From positions 41,559-105,558 of the forward strand of contig CANJLK010000007.1 in assembly GCA_947475465.1 (NCBI GenBank): a stretch of DNA of 64,000 bases. The letters run 5' to 3'. Position numbers and translations under genes: made by a program. Numbering within the stretch: the first letter of the stretch is position 1; each line of letters begins with the position of its first letter. Positions 18,443 to 26,353 of this stretch are shown in pieces. The notes under the pieces were generated by a model, which saw nothing but the letters and a program-made list of their open reading frames with translations, was not told the DNA's origin and searched no databases. This DNA comes from Caulobacteraceae bacterium. Lineage in GTDB: Bacteria > Pseudomonadota > Alphaproteobacteria > Caulobacterales > Caulobacteraceae.

Positions 18443-18578
18443 GGCGCAATCCCGCTGCGGAAAGGCGGGAGCGACGGGCAAGACCCGGTCTCTCAGCCGC
18501 CGATGCCCATCAGAGCTTTACCGGCGATAGCGTCACCATGCGCGCCGATGAGCCGAAAGTCGACTCGGCCTCGGATGA

Positions 18579-18830
18579 TCGACGAAACATGCCGCCACCG
18601 GCGCGCGAGGCAATGCAGCCGTCACCGCGGACACGAACACAATCTCGGGAAACTGCGCCGGCGGTGGCGACTAGGCCTCCGGTCGTAGCGATTTCGGCAG
18701 CAGGGGTTTCAGTGGCTCCGGCGCCATTGATGCCGTCCTCCCCGAGCCCGCAACCTGGACCCTGATGCTCGGCCGCTTTGGCCTCGCTGGCGCGGCGCTG
18801 CGTCGACGCCGCCACGCGCTCGACGCATAG
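18579..18830 (+). pseudogene. PEPxxWA-CTERM sorting-domain gene remnant
   Basis: One frame reads ...ISGNCAGGGD*ASGRSDFGSRGFSGSGAIDAVLPEPATWTLMLGRFGLAGAALRRRRHALDA*; in-frame TAG at 18672, further stops upstream, no start codon. Confidence 0.75.
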
Positions 18831-18861
18831 CCGCGGCAGTTGCGCGTCTCGGCGCTGAAAC

Positions 18862-18897
18862 TTGACATCAAAGCCTTCTTATGTTCCTATTTTGTTC
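18862..18897 (+). promoter_or_regulatory. Sigma70 -35 element plus alphaproteobacterial LexA (SOS) box
   Basis: TTGACA at 18862-18867; GTTC-ctatttt-GTTC (18883-18897) is a perfect GTTC-N7-GTTC over the -10 region, 2 nt before ATG 18900. Confidence 0.85.
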
Positions 18898-18899
18898 TC

Positions 18900-19442
18900 A
18901 TGCTCGGCGCTACCGACATCATCGATCCTGACGAGCGGATGCTCGCGCGGCTGGCCGAGCTGGACGCCAGCCTGGCGGCGAAGGTGCACGGGCTGGCGAT
19001 GGCGGAAAGCGATCCGGAGATCGTGGCGTCCCTGGCCCGGGGCTACCAGAAGATCGCCCGGTCGCTGCGCCAGACCCTGGCGCTGAAATCCAAACTGAGG
19101 CTGGACCGCGAAAAGGCGCGGCGCGAACAGCCTGCGACCGAACCGCCGCGCGACGAGGCGCGGATCGCCCGGGCCCGCGAGGCGGTCGGCCGTGCGGTGC
19201 TGCGGGTGATCGAGGCCGCCGAGATCGAGCGGGAGGAGGCCGACTACCTGACCGACGTCTTGGACGACCGCCTGCGCCTCCTGGCGGTCAAGGGAACCCG
19301 CGACCTCAGGGGCCTGGACGAGGAGGTCAGCGACCTTTGCGACGACCTCGGCCTCGACGCCACGGGCTGGCAAGACCTCCCCGACCCGCCGCCCCGCGCC
19401 GCCGCCGCGCCCGCGCCGGTGGAATGGCGCAGCTCCGCCTGA
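18900..19442 (+). CDS. SOS-regulated hypothetical helical protein
   Basis: ATG directly after the LexA box; ERMLARLAELD...YQKIARSLRQTLALKSKL; genome-like codon usage. Confidence 0.75.
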   Translation: MLGATDIIDPDERMLARLAELDASLAAKVHGLAMAESDPEIVASLARGYQKIARSLRQTLALKSKLRLDREKARREQPATEPPRDEARIARAREAVGRAVLRVIEAAEIEREEADYLTDVLDDRLRLLAVKGTRDLRGLDEEVSDLCDDLGLDATGWQDLPDPPPRAAAAPAPVEWRSSA

Positions 19443-19461
19443 CCATCGATTCCTCTCAACT

Positions 19462-19585
19462 CGTCATCCCCGGGCTTGTCCCGGGGATCCAGAAGCGCCG
19501 ATGGATGGACGTTTGCCCAAAAACACCGCGCTTCGCCTGCAAGCGGCGGCGTGTCTGGATGGCCGGGTCAAGCCCGGCCATGACG
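19462..19585. repeat. CGTC-tagged REP doublet H (124 bp)
   Basis: Left arm cgtcatccccgggcttgtcccggggatccag (19462-19492), 62-bp spacer, right arm ctggatggccgggtcaagcccggccatgacg (19555-19585). Confidence 0.92.
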
Positions 19586-19763
19586 GACGGATGTTCGTGG
19601 CCGCCTACCGTTCGCCAAGCGGCCCGCCTTCCGTGTTTTCCGTGGCCAAAATCCTCCTTGCCGCTGACGCGTCAGGCGCTGGGAACGCCCACGCTTGCCT
19701 TCGCGGGCCGCCGCCGCCAAACATCGGCGGACTTGAAGCCTTCCCGCGAAAGTCCGCCCGCCC

Positions 19764-20822
19764 GTGTCCGACCCCACCGCCCCGACCCGCACGCTCGATA
19801 TGAAGTCGGCCTTCGCCTACGCCGTGAAGGCCGGCGAGGCGGGCCGCGCGGCCGAGGCCGAGGGGCTCTACCGGGCCATGCTGAAGGCCGCGCCGATTTC
19901 CGAGGTCGCCCGCAACCTGGGCCTCCTCCTCGACGAACAGGACCGCTACGGCGAGGCCGAGCAGGTCTATCGCGACCACCTGGTCGCCCAGCCCGGCGAC
20001 CCGGTGATCCAGCTGCAGCTCAGCTTCCTGTTGCTGCGCGACGGGCGCCTGCGCGAGGCCTGGCCGCTGTTCGAAGCCCGCCTGAAGCGGCCCGGCGCCA
20101 ATCCCAAGCCCAGTATCAGCTATCCCGAATGGCGCGGCCAGCCGGTGTCGTCGCTCCTGATCTGGCATGAGCAGGGCCTCGGCGACCAGATCCAGTTCGC
20201 CCGTTTCGCCCGCCTGCTCAGCGAAGACATGAGCGTCAGCCTGATGTGCAATCCGGACCTGGTGCGCCTGTTCCAGCCGCTCGGCCTCAAGGTCATCGGC
20301 ACCCAAGGCGCCGTCTCGGTGGCGCCCCACGAGGCCTGGGTGATGTCCGGCTCGATCCCGGGCCTCCTGGGCACGACGCTCCAGACCATTCCGCCCGCCC
20401 CCTACCTTCCGTGCACGCCGGGCGGGCGCGGCATCGGCGTGGTGACCCGCGGCGCCCCCGGCCACCCCAACGACGCCAACCGCTCCTTGCCGGAAGAGAT
20501 GGCCCAGGCGCTCCAGGCGATCCCCGGCGCTGTCAGCCTCGTCCAGGCCGACACCGGCGCTGCCGACATGCGCGCCACCGCCGACCTCATCGAGGGCCTC
20601 GACCTGGTGATCAGCGTCGACACCGCCGTGGCCCATGTGGCCGGGGCCATGGGCAAGCCCTGCTGGGTGCTGCTGCCCCACCGCGCCGACTGGCGCTGGC
20701 TGCGCGGCCGCGCCGACAGCCCGTGGTATCCCTCCATGCGCCTCTTCCGCCAGCCGTCGCCCGGCGACTGGGCCGGCGTGCTGGCCGAGGTCGCCGACGC
20801 CCTTGCCGAACGGGCCGGCTGA
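19764..20822 (+). CDS. TPR protein with GT9/heptosyltransferase-like C-terminal domain
   Basis: TPR helices, [40 protein letters not shown]...[13 protein letters not shown]. Confidence 0.85.
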   Translation: MSDPTAPTRTLDMKSAFAYAVKAGEAGRAAEAEGLYRAMLKAAPISEVARNLGLLLDEQDRYGEAEQVYRDHLVAQPGDPVIQLQLSFLLLRDGRLREAWPLFEARLKRPGANPKPSISYPEWRGQPVSSLLIWHEQGLGDQIQFARFARLLSEDMSVSLMCNPDLVRLFQPLGLKVIGTQGAVSVAPHEAWVMSGSIPGLLGTTLQTIPPAPYLPCTPGGRGIGVVTRGAPGHPNDANRSLPEEMAQALQAIPGAVSLVQADTGAADMRATADLIEGLDLVISVDTAVAHVAGAMGKPCWVLLPHRADWRWLRGRADSPWYPSMRLFRQPSPGDWAGVLAEVADALAERAG

Positions 20823-21742
20823 TGGCGGGGCCGGGCCACGATGACTGGCCGGTCCTCGTCCACGACGATTGGGCGGCCACGGCCGCCACCCTGCACATGT
20901 GGACCCAGGTGGTGGGCAAGCTGCGCATGGCCCTGTCGGCGCCGGTGAACCACTGGTGGCACGTGCCGCTCTATGTCAGCGCGCGCGGCCTCACCACCTC
21001 GCCCATGCCCTGCGGCGTGCGCTCGCTGGAGATCGCCTTCGACTTCGTGGGTCACCGCCTCGACCTTGCCTGCAGCGACGGGCGCCTGGAGACCTTCGCG
21101 CTTAGGCCCATGACGGTCGCGGCCTTCTACGCCCAGGTTACGGCGGCGCTCGCCCGCCTGGGGGTGGATGTCCACATCTGGACCGTGCCCTGCGAAGTCG
21201 AGAACCCGATCCGTTTCGAGGACGACACCGTCCACGCCGCCTATGATCCCGCCGCCGCCCAGCGGTTCTGGCGCGTCCTCCTCCAGGCCGACCGGCTGAT
21301 GAAGGAATTCCGCGGGCGGTTCCTGGGCAAGGCCAGCCCGGTGCACTTCTTCTGGGGTAGCTTCGACTTGGCGGTGACCCGCTTCTCTGGCCGCCGTGCG
21401 CCGCCGCATCCCGGCTCGGCCCTGCTGCCGGACTCGGTCAGCCTGGAGGCCTATTCCCACGAGGTGTCGAGCTGCGGCTTCTGGCCAGGCGGCCCCGGCG
21501 CGGAGGCCATGTTCTACGCCTACGCCTACCCCGACCCGCCGGGCTTCGCCAAGGCGCCCGTCCGGCCGGCGCGGGCGGGCTGGAACACGGCGCTGGGCGA
21601 ATTCGTATTGCCCTACGATGCGGTGCGTGCGGCGGCCTCGCCGGACGCCGCCGTGCTGGACTTCTTCCAGTCGACCTATCAGGCCACCGCCGATCTTGGC
21701 GCCTGGCCCCGGGCCGACCTCGAACGCGGAGCCATCCCATGA
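20822..21742 (+). CDS. DUF5996 family protein
   Basis: TLHMWTQVVGK...NHWWHVPLYVSARGLTT...SPVHFFWGSFDLAVTRFSGR...EAYSHEVSSCGFWPG; TGATG coupling. Confidence 0.85.
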   Translation: MAGPGHDDWPVLVHDDWAATAATLHMWTQVVGKLRMALSAPVNHWWHVPLYVSARGLTTSPMPCGVRSLEIAFDFVGHRLDLACSDGRLETFALRPMTVAAFYAQVTAALARLGVDVHIWTVPCEVENPIRFEDDTVHAAYDPAAAQRFWRVLLQADRLMKEFRGRFLGKASPVHFFWGSFDLAVTRFSGRRAPPHPGSALLPDSVSLEAYSHEVSSCGFWPGGPGAEAMFYAYAYPDPPGFAKAPVRPARAGWNTALGEFVLPYDAVRAAASPDAAVLDFFQSTYQATADLGAWPRADLERGAIP

Positions 21743-21960
21743 GCGAGCCCATCCCCGTCAAGCGCCGCCCGCCGGTGGGCAGCTGGATCGCCGGCGCCCT
21801 GGCCGTCGCCGCCGTCGGCGCCGTGGCCGTGGGTGCGGTCTCCATCGGCGCCATGGCCATCGGCCGCCTGGCCGTGGGCCGCGTCCGATTCAAGCGCCTG
21901 GAGATCGACGAACTGACCGTCAAGCGCCTCAACGTCCTGGGGGAGGGGCCGAAGCGTTAG
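21739..21960 (+). CDS. Small membrane protein
   Basis: Hydrophobic GALAVAAVGAVAVGAVSIGAMAIGRLAVGR followed by RLEIDELTVKRL; ATGA coupling. Confidence 0.7.
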   Translation: MSEPIPVKRRPPVGSWIAGALAVAAVGAVAVGAVSIGAMAIGRLAVGRVRFKRLEIDELTVKRLNVLGEGPKR

Positions 21961-21980
21961 GTTTCATACCCGACACACGA

Positions 21981-22018
21981 TGAACCTTAGCTGAGCCTTG
22001 GCGTTCAGACAGGGCTCA
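21981..22018. promoter_or_regulatory. Four phased TGA(A/G)C half-sites upstream of the rcnB-like gene
   Basis: TGAAC (21981), TGAGC (21992), GTTCA (22003), GCTCA (22014), spaced exactly 11 bp apart. Confidence 0.5.
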
Positions 22019-22062
22019 GGCCGCGCATGGGAATGTGACGGCTCAACGAAGGAGCCCTCTCC

Positions 22063-22455
22063 ATGAAACGTATCCTCACCGCCGCCATCGCGCTCAGCCT
22101 GCTCTCGGGCACGGTCGCCATGGCCCAGCCCGACCGCCACGACGACCACGGCGGCTACAACCAGGGCCGCGACGACCGCCGCGACAACCGCGACAACTAT
22201 GGCCACGACCGCAACGATCGCCGGGCCAGCAACTACGGCCACGACAACGGCCGCCACGAGGGCCACCGCTGGGCCCGTGGCCAGCGTCTGCCAGCCACCT
22301 ACTACCGTGACCGCAGTCACTACGTTGACTACCGCGTCTACCACCTGCGCGCCCCGCCGCGCGGCTACCGCTGGGTGCGGACCGACGACAACAATTACGC
22401 GATGGTCGCGATCACCACCGGCCTGATCGCCGCGATCATCGCCTCCAGCCAGTAA
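22063..22455 (+). CDS. RcnB family periplasmic protein
   Basis: Signal peptide, Arg/Asp/His-rich region, WARGQRLP...YHLRAPPRGYRWVR...ITTGLI; AAGGAG RBS. Confidence 0.9.
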   Translation: MKRILTAAIALSLLSGTVAMAQPDRHDDHGGYNQGRDDRRDNRDNYGHDRNDRRASNYGHDNGRHEGHRWARGQRLPATYYRDRSHYVDYRVYHLRAPPRGYRWVRTDDNNYAMVAITTGLIAAIIASSQ

Positions 22456-22539
22456 GTCTTGGCGGTCCTTCGCGGCGCTCGCCGCGGAGGGCCTCGCCGC
22501 TGTGCTATAGTCGGGCTCCCGCATGTCGCAGGAGCGCCC

Positions 22540-23454
22540 ATGGCCCAGACCCATTCGATCCGCCGCACGGCCGGCCCCCTGGGCGCCGAGGTTGCCGGCG
22601 TCGATCTCTCCACGCCTCTCTCCGACGACACGGTCGCGGCGATCCGCCAGGCCCTGGTCGAGCACCAGGTGATCTTCTTCCGCGAACAGGCGTTGACGCC
22701 CGCCCAGCAGGTCGCCTTCGGCGCCCGCTTCGGCCCCCTGAACATCCATCCCTACGTCGCCGGCATGGCCGGCCAGCCGGAGGTCATGGAGATCGTCAAG
22801 GAGCCGCAGGACCGCATCAATTTCGGCGGCGGCTGGCACTCGGACATGAGCTTCCTTGAGCGCCCCGCCATCGGCTCGATCCTCTACGCGGTGGAAGTCC
22901 CCGACTTCGGCGGCGACACCCTCTTCGCCAGCCAGGCCGCCGCCTTCGAGGCCCTGTCGGCCGGCCTGCAGCGCACCCTGGAGGGCCTGAGCGCCGTCCA
23001 CTCCGCCAACCGCGAATATTCCGCCCAGGGCCAGTCGGCCCAGAAGCGCTCGTCCATGAACGTCGCCGAGGCCGACGGCCTGGCCGGTGAACATGTCCAC
23101 CCCATGGTGCTCGTCCACCCGGAGACCGGCCGCAAGGCGCTGTACGTCAATCCGGCCTTCACGATGCGGATCGAGGGCTGGAAGACGCGGGAATCCAGGG
23201 CGCTGCTGGACTTCCTATTCGAACATTCCCGCCGCGAGGACTTCACCACCCGCTTCCGCTGGGCGCCCGGATCGGTGGCCTTCTGGGACAATCGTTCCGT
23301 CTGGCACTACGCGCTCAACGACTATGCGGGCCAGCGCCGGCACATGCGCCGCGTCACTGTCGATCCCTGGCCGGTGACCGACGCCCGTCAGGCCGGCGCC
23401 AGCCGCGCCAGCACGCCCCGGGCCGCCGCCACGCCGGTGGCGAAGCTGGCCTGA
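22540..23454 (+). CDS. TauD/TfdA family alpha-ketoglutarate-dependent dioxygenase
   Basis: LGAEVAGVDL, WHSD (HxD), GGDTLFAS, HPMVLVHPETGRKALYVN, WDNRSVWH, RHMRRVT. Confidence 0.93.
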   Translation: MAQTHSIRRTAGPLGAEVAGVDLSTPLSDDTVAAIRQALVEHQVIFFREQALTPAQQVAFGARFGPLNIHPYVAGMAGQPEVMEIVKEPQDRINFGGGWHSDMSFLERPAIGSILYAVEVPDFGGDTLFASQAAAFEALSAGLQRTLEGLSAVHSANREYSAQGQSAQKRSSMNVAEADGLAGEHVHPMVLVHPETGRKALYVNPAFTMRIEGWKTRESRALLDFLFEHSRREDFTTRFRWAPGSVAFWDNRSVWHYALNDYAGQRRHMRRVTVDPWPVTDARQAGASRASTPRAAATPVAKLA

Positions 23455-24605
23455 AGCAGATAGCCGCCCGTGGGCGCCTCCCAGTCCAGCATCTCGCCAG
23501 CCACGAAGACGCCGGGTAGGGCGCGCAGCATCAGCTGCTCGTCTACCGCGCTGAACGCCACCCCCCCGGCCGTCGAGATCGCCCTTGCGATCGGCTGCAC
23601 GCCGGTCAAGGTCAGCGGCGCGGCCTTGATCGCCCGCGCCAGCCCGCCCGCGGTCAGCGCCAGGGCGACCCCGTGGGTCTCGCGCAGCAGGTTGACCTCC
23701 AGCGGCGACAAGCGTCCGGCCTTGCGCAGGTAGTTGGCGGTCGATTGCCCGGCGCGCGGAATGGCCAGTCTGGCCGTCAGCTGGCCGACGCTCTGGTCGG
23801 GCCGAAGGTCGATCTCCAGGGCGGCCGATCCATGCGCCTCAATGGCGTCGCGCAACGCCGCCGAAAGGGCGTAGACCGCGCCGCCCTCGATCCCGTCGCG
23901 GGTGATCATGGCGTCGCCCCGCGCGGTATGGCCATCGAAGCTCAGCCCGACGTTCTTCAGCGGCGCGCCGTTGAACCGCGCGCGGAACACCTCGCTCCAG
24001 GCCACGGTGAAGCCCACGTTGGCCGCCCGCAGCGACGCCGCCACCACGCCCTTTCCCGCCAGGATATCCACCCACGCGCCCGTCGACCCGAGCCTCGGCC
24101 AACTCGCCCCGCCCAACGCCAGCACCGTGGCGTCCGGCCGGCTGGTGACCTCGCCCGTCGGCGTCGAAAAGCGCAGGTCGCCGGCCTCGTCCCAGCCCAG
24201 CCAGTCGTGCCGCGCCCGTACCTGCACGCCCAGGCCCTGCAGCCTGGCCAGCCACGCCCGCAACAGAGGCGAGGCCTTCAGCGCCTTGGGAAACACCCGT
24301 CCCGAACTGCCGACAAAGGTTTCCTGTCCCAGGTCCTGCGCCCAGGCCGTCAGCGCGTCCGGCGAGAACGCCCGGACCAGCGGCGCCACATGCGCCTGAG
24401 CCGCGCCATAGCGGCCCAGGAAGTCCTCCAGCGGCTCGCTGTGCGTCAGGTTCAGCCCGCCCCTTCCGGCCATCAGCAGCTTGCGGCCCAGCGACGGCAT
24501 GCGGTCGTAGACGGTCACCGCGCGGCCCGACTGGGCAAGGATCTCTGCGGCCATCAGGCCGGAAGGCCCGCCGCCGATAACGGCTACGGTGGGAGAGGCT
24601 GGCAT
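23388..24605 (-). CDS. HI0933/BaiN-like flavoprotein (TIGR03862-type)
   Basis: GGGPSG dinucleotide fold, GRKLLMAGRGGLNLTHSE, FVGSSGRVFP, GEMLDWEAPTGGYLLQ. Confidence 0.92.
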   Translation of the reverse strand: MPASPTVAVIGGGPSGLMAAEILAQSGRAVTVYDRMPSLGRKLLMAGRGGLNLTHSEPLEDFLGRYGAAQAHVAPLVRAFSPDALTAWAQDLGQETFVGSSGRVFPKALKASPLLRAWLARLQGLGVQVRARHDWLGWDEAGDLRFSTPTGEVTSRPDATVLALGGASWPRLGSTGAWVDILAGKGVVAASLRAANVGFTVAWSEVFRARFNGAPLKNVGLSFDGHTARGDAMITRDGIEGGAVYALSAALRDAIEAHGSAALEIDLRPDQSVGQLTARLAIPRAGQSTANYLRKAGRLSPLEVNLLRETHGVALALTAGGLARAIKAAPLTLTGVQPIARAISTAGGVAFSAVDEQLMLRALPGVFVAGEMLDWEAPTGGYLLQASFATGVAAARGVLARLAPA

Positions 24606-24686
24606 GGACCGGGAAAACCTTTGCGACCGGCCCGGCATAGCCCAGTCCGTCGGCCTCCGCACCGCGGCGATGCGGAGGCCCTGGGA

Positions 24687-25136
24687 TTACTTACCGAACG
24701 TGACGACCGAGTAGACCCCGTCGCCCACAAAGCTGCGATATTTTTCGTAGCCGGCGACCATTTCCTTGCCCTTGTCCTTGGAGACCGCCTCGTAGCCTTC
24801 CTTCTCAATGGCCTTGTCCCGGGCCATGTCCGGGTCGAGCATCGCCAGGGTGGGGTAGTGCAGCTCGAGCAGGACGTTAGCGCCCTTGCCCGCCGGATCG
24901 ATGCGCAGCAGGACGCGGTAGTCGTCGATGACGCCGTGCTTCTTGGAAATTTCGTTGCCCGTCACCCAGGTGGTCTTCAGTCCGGTGAGGTAGTCGTCGA
25001 TGTGGTTGGAATCGACGTGGATCTCGGTCACCTGCCAGCCGCCCTTCTGGGGCGTCCAGTCCTTATAGATTTCGGCCTTCGCCGCGCCGGCCGCCATCAC
25101 GGCGAGCGCGGCCGTCATCCCTACGAGAGTCTTCAT
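24687..25136 (-). CDS. Secreted hypothetical protein
   Basis: Signal peptide MKTLVGMTAALAVMAAGAAKA; highly biased codon usage. Confidence 0.75.
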   Translation of the reverse strand: MKTLVGMTAALAVMAAGAAKAEIYKDWTPQKGGWQVTEIHVDSNHIDDYLTGLKTTWVTGNEISKKHGVIDDYRVLLRIDPAGKGANVLLELHYPTLAMLDPDMARDKAIEKEGYEAVSKDKGKEMVAGYEKYRSFVGDGVYSVVTFGK

Positions 25137-25251
25137 GTCAGGCCCCTGTTTGATTGTTTCGCGCCCGCCCATGGGCGCGGGTGGCACCTTAACCGGTGTA
25201 ACTTGTTACGCTAGAGCTTGGCTCGGATTGAAGACGACGCCCGTCAGTCGT

Positions 25252-25273
25252 TGCTGACACTATGTTGTCAGCA
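25252..25273. promoter_or_regulatory. Perfect palindromic operator upstream of GST
   Basis: TGCTGACA-ctatgt-TGTCAGCA. Confidence 0.6.
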
Positions 25274-25322
25274 GACCTGCCGGATGATCTCTTCGCCGGC
25301 GCCGAGGGGGCCCCGCAGGAGG

Positions 25323-25961
25323 ATGACGATTTCCCAGGAACTGGTCTGCTACACCAACCCCATGTCGCGCGGCCGGATCGTGCGCTGGATGCTGGAGGAG
25401 GTGGGCCAGCCCTACCGCACCGAAATCCTCGACTACGGCACGACCTTGAAGGCCCCGGCCTATCTGGCCGTCAATCCGATGGGCAAGGTGCCGGCCATCA
25501 CCCACGGCGGCACGGTGGTGACCGAGGGCGCGGCGATCTGCGCCTATCTGGCCGACGCCTTCCCGCAGGCCGGGCTGGCGCCGCCATTGGCCGAGTGCGG
25601 CGACTACTATCGGTGGCTGTTCTTCGCCGCCGGCCCGCTGGAACAGGCCTGGACCTACAAGAGCTTCGGTTTCGAGCCGAGCCTGGAAGAGCGCCGCCGC
25701 GCGGGCTTCGGCTGTCTCGACGACGTGGTCCACGCCCTGGACCTTGCCCTGAAGGACCGCGACTACCTGGCCGGCGGCCGGTTCAGCGCCGCCGATGTCT
25801 TCGTGGCCGCGGGCCTGGGTTTCGGCATGCAGTTCGGCCTGATCCCCAAGCTGCCCGCCTTCGAACGCTATGTCGGGAAACACATGGCCCGCCCGGCCGC
25901 GGTCCGCGCCCGCGAGATCGATGACGCTCTGATAGTCCAGGCTCAGCCGCAACCCGCCTAG
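25323..25961 (+). CDS. Glutathione S-transferase family protein
   Basis: YTNPMSRGRIVRWMLEE, VNPMGKVPAI, TEGAAICAYLAD, RFSAADV; AGGAGG RBS. Confidence 0.93.
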   Translation: MTISQELVCYTNPMSRGRIVRWMLEEVGQPYRTEILDYGTTLKAPAYLAVNPMGKVPAITHGGTVVTEGAAICAYLADAFPQAGLAPPLAECGDYYRWLFFAAGPLEQAWTYKSFGFEPSLEERRRAGFGCLDDVVHALDLALKDRDYLAGGRFSAADVFVAAGLGFGMQFGLIPKLPAFERYVGKHMARPAAVRAREIDDALIVQAQPQPA

Positions 25962-26344
25962 GTCGGCCCGATCAGGTCCCACCGGTTGCCGTAGAGGTCC
26001 TCGAAGACCGCAACATCGCCATAGGGTTCATGGCGCGGCGCTTCGAGGAACCGCACGCCCGCCGCGGCCATCCGGGCATGATCGGCGGCGAAGTCGCTGG
26101 TTTCCAGGAAGAAGGCGACGCGCCCGCCGGTCTGGTTGCCGATCCGCGCCTGCTGGCCGGGCCCGGCGGCCCTGGCCAGCAGCAGGCCCGCGCCCGCCGC
26201 CGTCGGCGCGACCACGATCCAGCGTTTGCCGTCGCCCAGGGCGGTGTCTTCCCGCAGGAAGAACCCCAGCTTGCCCACATAGAAGGCGAGGGCTTCGTCT
26301 TAGTCGGCCACCACGAGGGTGGCGAGGGTCAGGCGCAGGGGCAT
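25958..26344 (-). pseudogene. VOC/glyoxalase family protein with a premature stop
   Basis: Reads MPLRLTLATLVVAD*DEALAFYVGKLGF...GNQTGGRVAFFL...EPYGDVAVFEDLYGNRWDLI; TAA (26300-26302) sits where Tyr of VxDYDEA is expected. Confidence 0.82.
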
Positions 26345-26353
26345 GGCTTTGTC

